DNA of 63,619 nt, counting the filler. It is 4 parts of 4 records of this genome, joined end to end, with 100 filler letters (N's around TTAATTAATTAA, not from the genome) between each part and the next. Parts side by side here need not be neighbours in the genome. Positions count along the whole stretch, not along the records: positions 1 to 21,863 come from SRR31156797_9983; 3 more parts are not named here. One strand, 5' to 3'. A program made the position numbers and the translations under genes. The notes under the pieces are model-generated. The model was not told the DNA's origin. It searched no databases and saw nothing but the letters and a program-made list of their open reading frames with translations. Positions 9,808 to 17,857 of the stretch are shown here, piece after piece (position 1 is the stretch's first letter; each line of letters starts with the position of its first letter).

Positions 9808-11046
9808 TTAAACATTCCATAATTTTTTTCCAGCCATTGACATGTGCGCTTCTACAGGCAATTCTTTTCCCTTTAGGAGGATATGCCAGTAGATCCATCG
9901 GAATAATATTTTGCCATAATGGTTCATTTTTGTGTTTTTCAACAAACCAAAGGGGCCAATACCCGGAAGCGGATATGTGCCTGGAAGTGGCTCAGTGTCG
10001 TAGTTGAAATCGATGAGCGATCCCATGCCGTTTCCGGTTTCTATGTAACAATTAGCATGACCATCAAATTTGGCAACCAAGGGTCTGCCTTCAATTGCCG
10101 ACATCAGGTTTTCAAATAAAATTTCGGAAGCAAAGTGAGCAACAGATCCTGCTTTTGAAGTGGGCAAATCTGAGGCATCGCCCAATACAAAAATGTTTTC
10201 GTATTGTTTGGATTGTAATGTGTGCTTATCGGTTGGAACAAAATTTAGATCACCTGCAAGCCCGCTTCTTTCTATCATATCAGAACCCATATTTACAGGG
10301 ACAATGGTGAGCAAATCGAATGCAATTTCTGCATCATCATATGAAATGATTTTCTGATTTTCGTTGTCAACACGTTCCAGATAAAATTCAGTTATGATTT
10401 TTATATTCTTTTCTTCAAGGAGTTCGCTAAGCATTTTTGTTGCAACCGGTTTTGTAAATGCGCCTGTTAAAGGGGTTGCATAAATTAGATCTACCTTGTC
10501 GCGGATGCCGATTTTTGTAAAATAGGCATCGGCAAGAAAAATAAATTCAAGTGGTGCAACCGGGCATTTGTATGGAACCTCTGCAACATTCATTACAAGG
10601 CGTCCTCCTTCCCACTTTTTCAAAAACTGTTGAAGTGCAATCGCACCCTCAATAGTATAAAAATCAAAAATATTTTTATACCACAAATTTTCTTTCAAAC
10701 CAGGGGTTTGATCAGGTCGGGTTTGCGTTCCTGTAGCAATAATTAAAAAATCATAGTTTAATACCTTACCAGCTTCAAGAAAGACTTTATTATTATCACC
10801 ATCTATGCGGTCAATTTCGGAATAAATCACCTTCACTCCTGCCGGGAAAAAGTCACCTTTAGATTTGATAACATCATGTCTGGTATAGATATTAAATGGG
10901 ATAAATAAGAACCCGGGCTGATAGTAGTGGGTTCGGTGTTTGTCCACTACGGTTATTTCCCAGTCCTTCCGGTCAAGTGCTTTACGTAGCTTATTTACCA
11001 TAATGGTACCTGCTGTACCGCCTCCAAGAATAAGTATTTTCTTCAT
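9808..11046 (-). CDS. sqr: Sulfide:quinone oxidoreductase-family flavoprotein (type III-like)
   Basis: GGGTAG FAD motif, HYYQPG, KCPVAPLE and FDGHANC catalytic cysteines, C-terminal amphipathic helix. Confidence 0.85.
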   Translation of the reverse strand: MKKILILGGGTAGTIMVNKLRKALDRKDWEITVVDKHRTHYYQPGFLFIPFNIYTRHDVIKSKGDFFPAGVKVIYSEIDRIDGDNNKVFLEAGKVLNYDFLIIATGTQTRPDQTPGLKENLWYKNIFDFYTIEGAIALQQFLKKWEGGRLVMNVAEVPYKCPVAPLEFIFLADAYFTKIGIRDKVDLIYATPLTGAFTKPVATKMLSELLEEKNIKIITEFYLERVDNENQKIISYDDAEIAFDLLTIVPVNMGSDMIERSGLAGDLNFVPTDKHTLQSKQYENIFVLGDASDLPTSKAGSVAHFASEILFENLMSAIEGRPLVAKFDGHANCYIETGNGMGSLIDFNYDTEPLPGTYPLPGIGPFGLLKNTKMNHYGKILFRWIYWHILLKGKELPVEAHMSMAGKKLWNV

Positions 11047-11086
11047 GTTATATTAGTAAATGCGAGATCTATTGTTATTTGGTTAG

Positions 11087-11094
11087 CAAAGGTA
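11087..11094 (-). promoter_or_regulatory. Bacteroidota sigma-A -7 element (TACCTTTG) for the sqr operon
   Basis: Matches TAnnTTTG about 40 bp upstream of the sqr start. Confidence 0.55.
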
Positions 11095-11128
11095 TCTTAC
11101 ATACATCGAGTTATTGATATGTTTAAGT

Positions 11129-11160
11129 ATGACAATTGTCATCTTATGATAATTATCATA
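11129..11160. promoter_or_regulatory. Two tandem Crp/Fnr-type palindromes (ATGACAATTGTCAT; TATGATAATTATCATA)
   Basis: Perfect palindromes with TGA-N6-TCA cores at 11129-11142 and 11145-11160, between divergent sqr and crp/fnr. Confidence 0.7.
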
Positions 11161-11189
11161 TTAATTCATACTTTTACAGGATTTAGAAA

Positions 11190-11891
11190 ATGGGTATGGG
11201 TGAAAAAGTAAAATCTCCGAATTGCGAGATCTGTTCATTTAGAACAGTATTATTTAATTCATTGGATAAGGCAGATTTAGGGAGAATGAGTACCTGCAAG
11301 GATCAGTTTCTTTTTAGGAAAGGAGATGTCATATGTAATGAGGGAGATCCAATTAACTCAATTATTTATGTTCATAAAGGATTGATAAAACTGCATAAGC
11401 GTGTTTCCGAAAATCAAAGCCAAATCATTAGCATTGCCAAGCCATTCGATTTTGTTGGGTTACTTTCTGTTTTCTCAAAAACGGAGTTTTTTTATTCCAT
11501 AAATGCTATTGAAGATTCATCGGTGTGTTTCATTAATAAGGCTTGTATTGAAGCCGAGATTGAAAGCAACGGTAAATTTGCCCTGGATATCCTCAGGCGA
11601 ATGAGTAGGATAGCCGATGATGTCTTGGAATCAAAATTTGCTCTGAGTAAAAAAAACCTTCGTGGAAGAATTGCACATATTTTATTGGGTTTTTCGGAAG
11701 ATATTTATGGATCAAACGAATTTGAGCTTCCGATTTCTCGCCGTGAAATTGCCGAACTGATAGATATGCGGACGGAAAATGTTATTCGCATTATGTCGGA
11801 ATTCAGAAAAGACGGACTCATTAAAATCAATGGACACACCATCGAAATTGTTAATCCAGAAATGTTAAAACTTATCAATAATGCTGGTTAA
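11190..11891 (+). CDS. Crp/Fnr family transcriptional regulator with N-terminal Cys cluster
   Basis: CEIC N-terminus, cNMP-binding fold, HTH SRREIAELIDMRTENVIRIMSEF. Confidence 0.93.
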   Translation: MGMGEKVKSPNCEICSFRTVLFNSLDKADLGRMSTCKDQFLFRKGDVICNEGDPINSIIYVHKGLIKLHKRVSENQSQIISIAKPFDFVGLLSVFSKTEFFYSINAIEDSSVCFINKACIEAEIESNGKFALDILRRMSRIADDVLESKFALSKKNLRGRIAHILLGFSEDIYGSNEFELPISRREIAELIDMRTENVIRIMSEFRKDGLIKINGHTIEIVNPEMLKLINNAG

Positions 11892-12247
11892 ACTTGAACC
11901 GATTGGTATGATTAGTACAATTGTGACGATGTCCGATTTTTCAAGATTGGCTGTTAATGATAGTTTTACATTTGAGTCTCTGTCTAACGTTGTTTTATAA
12001 GAAACGGAATCCTAATGATTTAAATACGGAATCAGTTGGGTGTTGCAAAGCTGTGTTAGATGCCACACTTTTCAAAGCGGGTCATTTAAATTGGCTCTGG
12101 AATCTGCGAGGTTAGTTACGGCCTGTCATGAATCCAGAACGAATTTCGTCAAAAAAAAATTAAGCCACCCCACGCGTCAGGGTGAGTTAAAGGAAAAGCA
12201 ATTAGCGATGAACTTAGTAACCCAAATCATCCTCCCCATAGGGCGTT

Positions 12248-12700
12248 TCAGTCCATAATTTTTCGGTCCATGATCATATCGACAGCCTGGATGCGTGCCT
12301 GCATGGAGGGCCAGATACCATGTGAGAATTTGGGTTGGTAGAGCTGTTTAATGGTCTTGCGCATTTTCAAACGGCTTTTACCGAAATTTCCGGGGTAAGG
12401 GCCATATCAAAATTTAGAGCCTGTTGGTGACCCTGAATACCTCTCGAATGTTGCCGAAGAGCTGATATCTGTAACCATAATGTGCGATCTGAGATTTGGG
12501 ATCAGGTATTTTTCAACCTGCTTGATATAGAAATCAGCAATCCGATTTTTTTCTTTGGTGTATTCCTCATGGTTCTCCTCTCTCAGTTTTTTCCATTTTC
12601 CGATTGGAACCGGATAAACAAAAATGGTAAGTTCATTCTTTTTGCCTGTGGGTAATCCTCCAAAAGCCGCAAACATGTCAAAAATCTCGACGATTGCACC
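12248..12700 (-). pseudogene. Degraded 3' fragment of a phytoene desaturase/retinol reductase-like FAD oxidoreductase
   Basis: Reads YTKEKNRIAD...LIPNLRSHIMVTDISSSATFERYSGSPTGSKF*YGPYPGNFGKSRLKMRKTIKQLYQPKFSHGIWPSMQ...MD*; in-frame TGA at 12407 and no N-terminal Rossmann part. Confidence 0.65.
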
Positions 12701-12766
12701 TGTATTACGGGTGACCTTTTAAAGCGGGAACATTTGGAAAAAGTACTCAAAAATGAGCAGGATAGA

Positions 12767-14107
12767 TTATAGGTCAGCCGGTACTATTCCCTCCTGGCTC
12801 AGTGAAGACCATCCAAGCAGCCAGTTGTAGTTTTTAAATGCACCGGCGTAATCGGTTGTTTCAAACCATAAATCCGGGGGGGTAACGAGGTAACTATCGA
12901 AGTCTTCTGAAGGAAATACAACATATTTCTCGTCAACCCGACCAATTCCGGAATTGCTTACCTGGTTCTGCGCATCATTAAAATAAGCTTTCCACGCCAT
13001 TGTTAATTCGTTGCCGGGATCATCACCACTGATCGTGAAAATGGATTCGGAAGTATTGAATGCAACATTCCAATAAGTGCAGCCACTGATTTCCAGTTCC
13101 CCGTTTTGCCATTGTTCAATGCTGTTCGGGGTACCGTCAACATATTCCGTTTTAACGCCCCACTGTTGTGAAACGAAAATGGAGTTGGCGAAAATCCCTG
13201 CTGCGTTTGTTGAGTATGAAATTACGCCTGCCGGGTTTTCAATCCCTCTGCCGATGGCTGTAAGGTTAAAAATAACAGGTTTTGTATATGGTTTTTTTGA
13301 GGGGTGGCTCGGGCTTCCATCGAGTTCCACAATCAGGTTGCCTTTTTCGATAGACTGTATGGCCAGCCAGTACTGACCAAAACCCTGGTAGCCCATGTCA
13401 AAATCAAATGCATCATCACCACAAAAAGCAACAGCCAAATGCGAACAATTTACTGTGCCTCCAAAAAACTCCACACCATCATCAGCATTGGCAATAATTT
13501 CAACCCTGTCGATAATGGTTTGGTTGCCCACACCACCCAGGGTAAGTCCATTAATTTCATTGCCCTCTCCAATGTTGGTTCCGCTGTGCCGGATAGAAAC
13601 GTAGCGAAGAACACCTGAATTATCATTGCTATTTGGCCCACCAAAAACGCCCCTTGGTTCTGTTATGGGTATGCCCTCAATGGACGCTTCATTCCCGTTT
13701 ACGTTCAGTGGTGCATTTCCAAGCACGATCAACCCGCCCCACAGGCCCCGGGCATCATAGGGTATGCTGCCTTCAAGGTCGTCTCCTTCTACGGTGAAAA
13801 TTATGGGTTGTTCCGCTGTTCCTTCGGCAATAAGCTTTCCACCACGGGCTACAATGAGCGCCGAAGCTTTATCGGCTTGTCCGGTTTTCCCCCTTACCAC
13901 AGTTCCGGGCTCGATGGTTAATGTTTGTCCGTCATTTACAAATACCAAACCTTCAATCACGTAATTTCTGTCGGCTCTCCAGGTTGTTGTGCCCGTGCCT
14001 GATCCGTCATCCTGTATGGTTTCGTTAACAATGGTTTCGTAATCTCCCTTGCGGCATCCTACAATAAGAACCGATAACACCATAAAATATATGTATTTAT
14101 TTACCAT
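12767..14107 (-). CDS. Lipoprotein with a right-handed beta-helix-like fold, function unknown
   Basis: Lipobox LIVGC; LTIEPGT, WGGLIVLG, NGLTLGGVG, DDGVEFFGG, DDAFDFD motifs. Confidence 0.75.
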   Translation of the reverse strand: MVNKYIYFMVLSVLIVGCRKGDYETIVNETIQDDGSGTGTTTWRADRNYVIEGLVFVNDGQTLTIEPGTVVRGKTGQADKASALIVARGGKLIAEGTAEQPIIFTVEGDDLEGSIPYDARGLWGGLIVLGNAPLNVNGNEASIEGIPITEPRGVFGGPNSNDNSGVLRYVSIRHSGTNIGEGNEINGLTLGGVGNQTIIDRVEIIANADDGVEFFGGTVNCSHLAVAFCGDDAFDFDMGYQGFGQYWLAIQSIEKGNLIVELDGSPSHPSKKPYTKPVIFNLTAIGRGIENPAGVISYSTNAAGIFANSIFVSQQWGVKTEYVDGTPNSIEQWQNGELEISGCTYWNVAFNTSESIFTISGDDPGNELTMAWKAYFNDAQNQVSNSGIGRVDEKYVVFPSEDFDSYLVTPPDLWFETTDYAGAFKNYNWLLGWSSLSQEGIVPADL

Positions 14108-15105
14108 ATGTTATATTCCAAATTTAAATAAATAAAAGCTTCATTGTTGAGATTTTTCGCATAGGGAACCCAATCCTGATAATTTAAAGAGAGCTTGACT
14201 TTCGGTATGGGCTTGTACTGTAACCCGCTGATGATGGCACTGCCGTCTTCGGAAAGATTCCATGGGTTTTCCTGGTTTTTAGGGACATTGGATCTTATCA
14301 GGTCATACCTGCCAAAGATTTCAAACTTTTCGGTGAGCTGTACGGATAAATAAGCCGATAATGCCTGCTGGTCATGCTGGGTTTCAAAATCGTCGTTAAA
14401 TCTCAAATCGTATTCGATACCTGCCATCAGTTTGTTTTTAACTTTATAACCAACAAAGTTTACCAGTGTAAGCAAGGGTTCGTTTTTTTGAATTACATCT
14501 CCATAACACCTTACAATTAGCCCTTTCCAGGGAGAAAGCGTAAAACCAATACCGGCTTTGTAGGAGTAGTCGCCCTGCAGCTGCGAATATCCTTCACCAT
14601 TCATAAGTGTCAGGTCCAGGTTCAGGAAATCTGTTGCATGATAGTTTAAGGAAGCTCCAAGGTCAGCGCTCGATCCCAGGCTGTGTTCATCCATTACTGA
14701 CTTGTAAATATACCTGTGTCCCCAAATGGTTTCCTGTAGCTTAAACTGCTGGAGTGGGATAATGCCAAACTTGATTTTAATTTTGCCTTTATGATATTGC
14801 AGATAAGCATCTTTGAAATATGCAAAGCGCCTGAGCAGCGAATATTCAGAAACGTCATCAGGGCTTCCGATGTCGAGTTGAATTTTAGCGCTGAATTCGC
14901 TGCTCAAATCAAATTTGTAGCCCAGGTATGCCCTCCTGACCTCAAATGCTGAGGGATTGTTTCCATGGCCAATGCCGGTATAAAAGTTTGCGAAAACCCT
15001 TCCGATGGGTTCGCCATTTGCAAATGGTTCCGGCTGGCCTTGCTGAGCCTTAAGTTTGTTGACTGCAAAAAATAAAAGAATTAAAGCCAGGTATTTGAAT
15101 TTCAT
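14101..15105 (-). CDS. Outer-membrane beta-barrel porin (phosphate-selective porin O/P-like)
   Basis: Signal peptide, FEVRRAYLG and KDAYLQY motifs, C-terminal YLNLEYNIW barrel signature. Confidence 0.75.
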   Translation of the reverse strand: MKFKYLALILLFFAVNKLKAQQGQPEPFANGEPIGRVFANFYTGIGHGNNPSAFEVRRAYLGYKFDLSSEFSAKIQLDIGSPDDVSEYSLLRRFAYFKDAYLQYHKGKIKIKFGIIPLQQFKLQETIWGHRYIYKSVMDEHSLGSSADLGASLNYHATDFLNLDLTLMNGEGYSQLQGDYSYKAGIGFTLSPWKGLIVRCYGDVIQKNEPLLTLVNFVGYKVKNKLMAGIEYDLRFNDDFETQHDQQALSAYLSVQLTEKFEIFGRYDLIRSNVPKNQENPWNLSEDGSAIISGLQYKPIPKVKLSLNYQDWVPYAKNLNNEAFIYLNLEYNIW

Positions 15106-15371
15106 ATAGCTTCTGTATTGTTAAAGCTGCCAAAAATAAATCAGTTGGTTTTGCTAATGGTCATGAAATCAATTTAGTGGTGTTATTTATTGTGGGTTTA
15201 AATAAAGCAAGTTACAATAGAACAATTTCAAAAATTGTAAACACATCTGGAAATAGCGTGCATCATAAATTAATTTTATACCTCTGGTTTTGTTATGTAT
15301 TTGCTAATTACTATTGAGGCTGGTGTAAGAAAATCTTGTTATTTTAAATTCATGAATCTTTCAATTTCAAT

Positions 15372-15379
15372 TACTTTTG
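15372..15379 (+). promoter_or_regulatory. Bacteroidota -7 element TACTTTTG for fprA
   Basis: TAnnTTTG 28 bp upstream of ATG 15407. Confidence 0.55.
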
Positions 15380-15406
15380 CAGCCGCAAAAAATCAATTAC
15401 TTACAT

Positions 15407-16621
15407 ATGGAAAACTCAATTATCAATATTGTTGATACCGTGAAATGGATTGGCGTGAAAGATCCTGACCTGGTAACTTTTGATGTGGTGATGGAAACCA
15501 AATACGGAACAACCTACAATTCGTACTTTATCAATGCACAAAAGAAAACCATTGTTGATGCTACCAAAGAGAAATTCTGGGAAGAATACCTGATGAAGAT
15601 CGATGAGCTTTGCGATCCGGCAGAGATCGAATACATCATTGCCAACCACACCGAACCTGATCATTCAGGAAATATCAAAAACCTGCTACGGATTGCCCCC
15701 AATGCAAAGGTGGTGGGAACCGGTAATGCCATCCGCTACCTGCGTGATTTGATGGGAACAGATTTTCCGAACATTGTAGTTAAAAATGGAGACACCCTGG
15801 ATTTGGGTGATCGCACCCTGAAATTCATCAGTGCCCCAAACCTGCACTGGCCCGATACCATGTACACCTATCTAGAGGAGGATAAAATCCTGTTTACCTG
15901 CGATTCATTCGGCGCCCATTTTTGTGATGAATCCATATTTGAGGACGAAATAGAGCGAATTGAAGAATACCACGATTCATTTAAATATTATTTTGATGTG
16001 ATCCTGAGGCCATACAGCAAATTTATGCTCAAAGCTATCGATAAGATTGAAGGCCTTGACATCGAAATGATTGCAACAGGGCACGGACCGGTACTTCGTC
16101 AGAACTGGAAAAAATATGTTGACCTTTCGAAATACTATGCTGAAAAAGCCATGACTGAACCTGAAAAGCCGGTGGTGTTTATTCCATATGTTAGCGCTTA
16201 TCAAAAAACCGGAATGGTTGCCGAACTAATTGCCCAGGGCATTCATGAGGCAGGCGACATACATGTAGATGTTGTGGATATTGAGATGTCGCCACTTGGC
16301 GAGTTGGAGCAGCATATTTCACATGCTTCCGCCTATGTTATGGGCTCACCCACCATCAACCAAAATATTCTGCTTCCATTATACAAGTGTTTTGCCCTCA
16401 TTAACCCGATTCGTGACAAAGGCAAACCGGCAGCGGCATTTGGATCGTATGGCTGGAGCGGAGAAGCGAAAACCTTGATTCGTACAAACCTTGAAAATCT
16501 GAAATTGAAGGTATTTGATGAGCAGATGTTCGTTAAGTTCACCCCTGATGAGGAAGAAAGTGCCAGGGCAATTGGCTTTGGTAGGGCCTTCGGGCAGTCC
16601 CTGATTTCGCACAATAATTAA
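15407..16621 (+). CDS. fprA: Flavodiiron protein (FprA/A-type flavoprotein, O2/NO reductase)
   Basis: GTTYNSY, NHTEPDHSG, HWPD, TCDSFG, GHG diiron motifs plus a flavodoxin domain (GSPT, FGSYGWSG). Confidence 0.95.
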   Translation: MENSIINIVDTVKWIGVKDPDLVTFDVVMETKYGTTYNSYFINAQKKTIVDATKEKFWEEYLMKIDELCDPAEIEYIIANHTEPDHSGNIKNLLRIAPNAKVVGTGNAIRYLRDLMGTDFPNIVVKNGDTLDLGDRTLKFISAPNLHWPDTMYTYLEEDKILFTCDSFGAHFCDESIFEDEIERIEEYHDSFKYYFDVILRPYSKFMLKAIDKIEGLDIEMIATGHGPVLRQNWKKYVDLSKYYAEKAMTEPEKPVVFIPYVSAYQKTGMVAELIAQGIHEAGDIHVDVVDIEMSPLGELEQHISHASAYVMGSPTINQNILLPLYKCFALINPIRDKGKPAAAFGSYGWSGEAKTLIRTNLENLKLKVFDEQMFVKFTPDEEESARAIGFGRAFGQSLISHNN

Positions 16622-16672
16622 ACAAGCCCTGCCGTTTATCTGCAGGGTAATATTTTGTTTTCATATGTTTAG

Positions 16673-16722
16673 AGTGGCTAAGTCGAAATGGTTTTAAACC
16701 TTTAGGCTTAGCCACTGTTTTT
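16673..16722 (+). terminator. Probable terminator hairpin after fprA
   Basis: agtggctaag...cttagccact arms followed by a T run. Confidence 0.55.
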
Positions 16723-16747
16723 TTAAGTTGATAAACAGAAACCAGCA

Positions 16748-17584
16748 TTGACACAAAGATTTTTTTCCATACTCATCCTGGCCATAATCCTGATTGCTTC
16801 ATCATCATGCAGCCTCGAACGGAAACTTGCCAAGCAATTTGTTGAAAACAATGACAGCCTAGCAGTTTTGTTGATTCCACCGGATTACCTGTTCAAAACC
16901 AACCTGAAAACCTGGTCGGCTGGTGATATTGGCCACCTTGACCCTGAGAAGCAGAAAGCCCTGCTTTATGACAGCAGTAAGTTTTTAAAGCACAGCATCG
17001 ATTCGGTATTTATCGGCAGGTACATGAATGCGCTGCAGGCCGGCCTGGCCAAATATGGAATTGTAACTTACAACCAGGATGAATTGTTGGAATTTATGGC
17101 ACTTGACAATGTGGCTTACCAGGTTTCTCTGGCACAACTGGAATTGGAGGAGGGAATTTATGACTACCGGGCTGAAGAGGTTTTTGACACAACGGTTTAT
17201 TTTGAAGATTTTGCCCTTGACCAGGTGATCGTTAATAGCTGGTTTGAGATTACAAAACTTAACGACCAGTTGGGAGTGAATAATGTTTTATATGCAAGTG
17301 ATTTTGTGACAGAAGGTTTGGAAGGAAGATTTACATCAAACATTTTTACCGGCGAAGTCAGGTTTAAATACAATATTTTTCCACTGGAAATTGAGGATGT
17401 ATACACATTGGCGGCGATTTCCGGTGAGCGATACGCTGGATATGTCTTCGACTACATCATGAACCGTTATATTTTTATGAACTTCCCTAATGGCCAAACA
17501 CCTTCAACTTACCTGCGGTACGATCATGATGCAAAAGTGTTTTATCCCGCTTATGAGGACAGGTTTATTTTTTTGGACGAGTAA
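16748..17584 (+). CDS. Hypothetical lipoprotein
   Basis: 278-aa ORF with hydrophobic N-terminus and ASSSC lipobox. Confidence 0.7.
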   Translation: MTQRFFSILILAIILIASSSCSLERKLAKQFVENNDSLAVLLIPPDYLFKTNLKTWSAGDIGHLDPEKQKALLYDSSKFLKHSIDSVFIGRYMNALQAGLAKYGIVTYNQDELLEFMALDNVAYQVSLAQLELEEGIYDYRAEEVFDTTVYFEDFALDQVIVNSWFEITKLNDQLGVNNVLYASDFVTEGLEGRFTSNIFTGEVRFKYNIFPLEIEDVYTLAAISGERYAGYVFDYIMNRYIFMNFPNGQTPSTYLRYDHDAKVFYPAYEDRFIFLDE

Positions 17585-17585
17585 G

Positions 17586-17627
17586 GGAGTGGTGGAGTGG
17601 TGGAAGAATGGAGTGGTGGAAGACTGG
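17586..17627 (+). repeat. 8-bp GG-rich tandem repeat (GGAGTGGT/GGAAGAAT) x5
   Basis: ggagtggt ggagtggt ggaagaat ggagtggt ggaagact gg directly after the stop codon. Confidence 0.75.
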
Positions 17628-17782
17628 CTCAGCCAATGACCAACAATTACCACCAATGACATTTTCACACAATCATTAACACTTTCTAAAGTTATTTTTC
17701 ACAAAAACCCTACAGTATATTACATTTATTTATCCTTAACTTTTATTAATCTAAACTTAATCTAAACAAGTTAAAATAAAAT

Positions 17783-17790
17783 TACTTTTG
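17783..17790 (+). promoter_or_regulatory. Bacteroidota -7 element TACTTTTG for the fusA paralog
   Basis: TAnnTTTG 68 bp upstream of ATG 17858. Confidence 0.55.
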
Positions 17791-17857
17791 CCGCCATTTT
17801 TGGCTGAGGCCAGATTAAATTTTTGATTATTAGTTAAATACCCAAATTCAATTTTAA

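Noticed and set aside
12248-12409. TGA recoding (Sec, Gly or Trp) in the oxidoreductase fragment
   Set aside because: The first TGA is explained by frameshifts, the gene is truncated, and the DsrE2 gene on the same contig uses TGA as its stop
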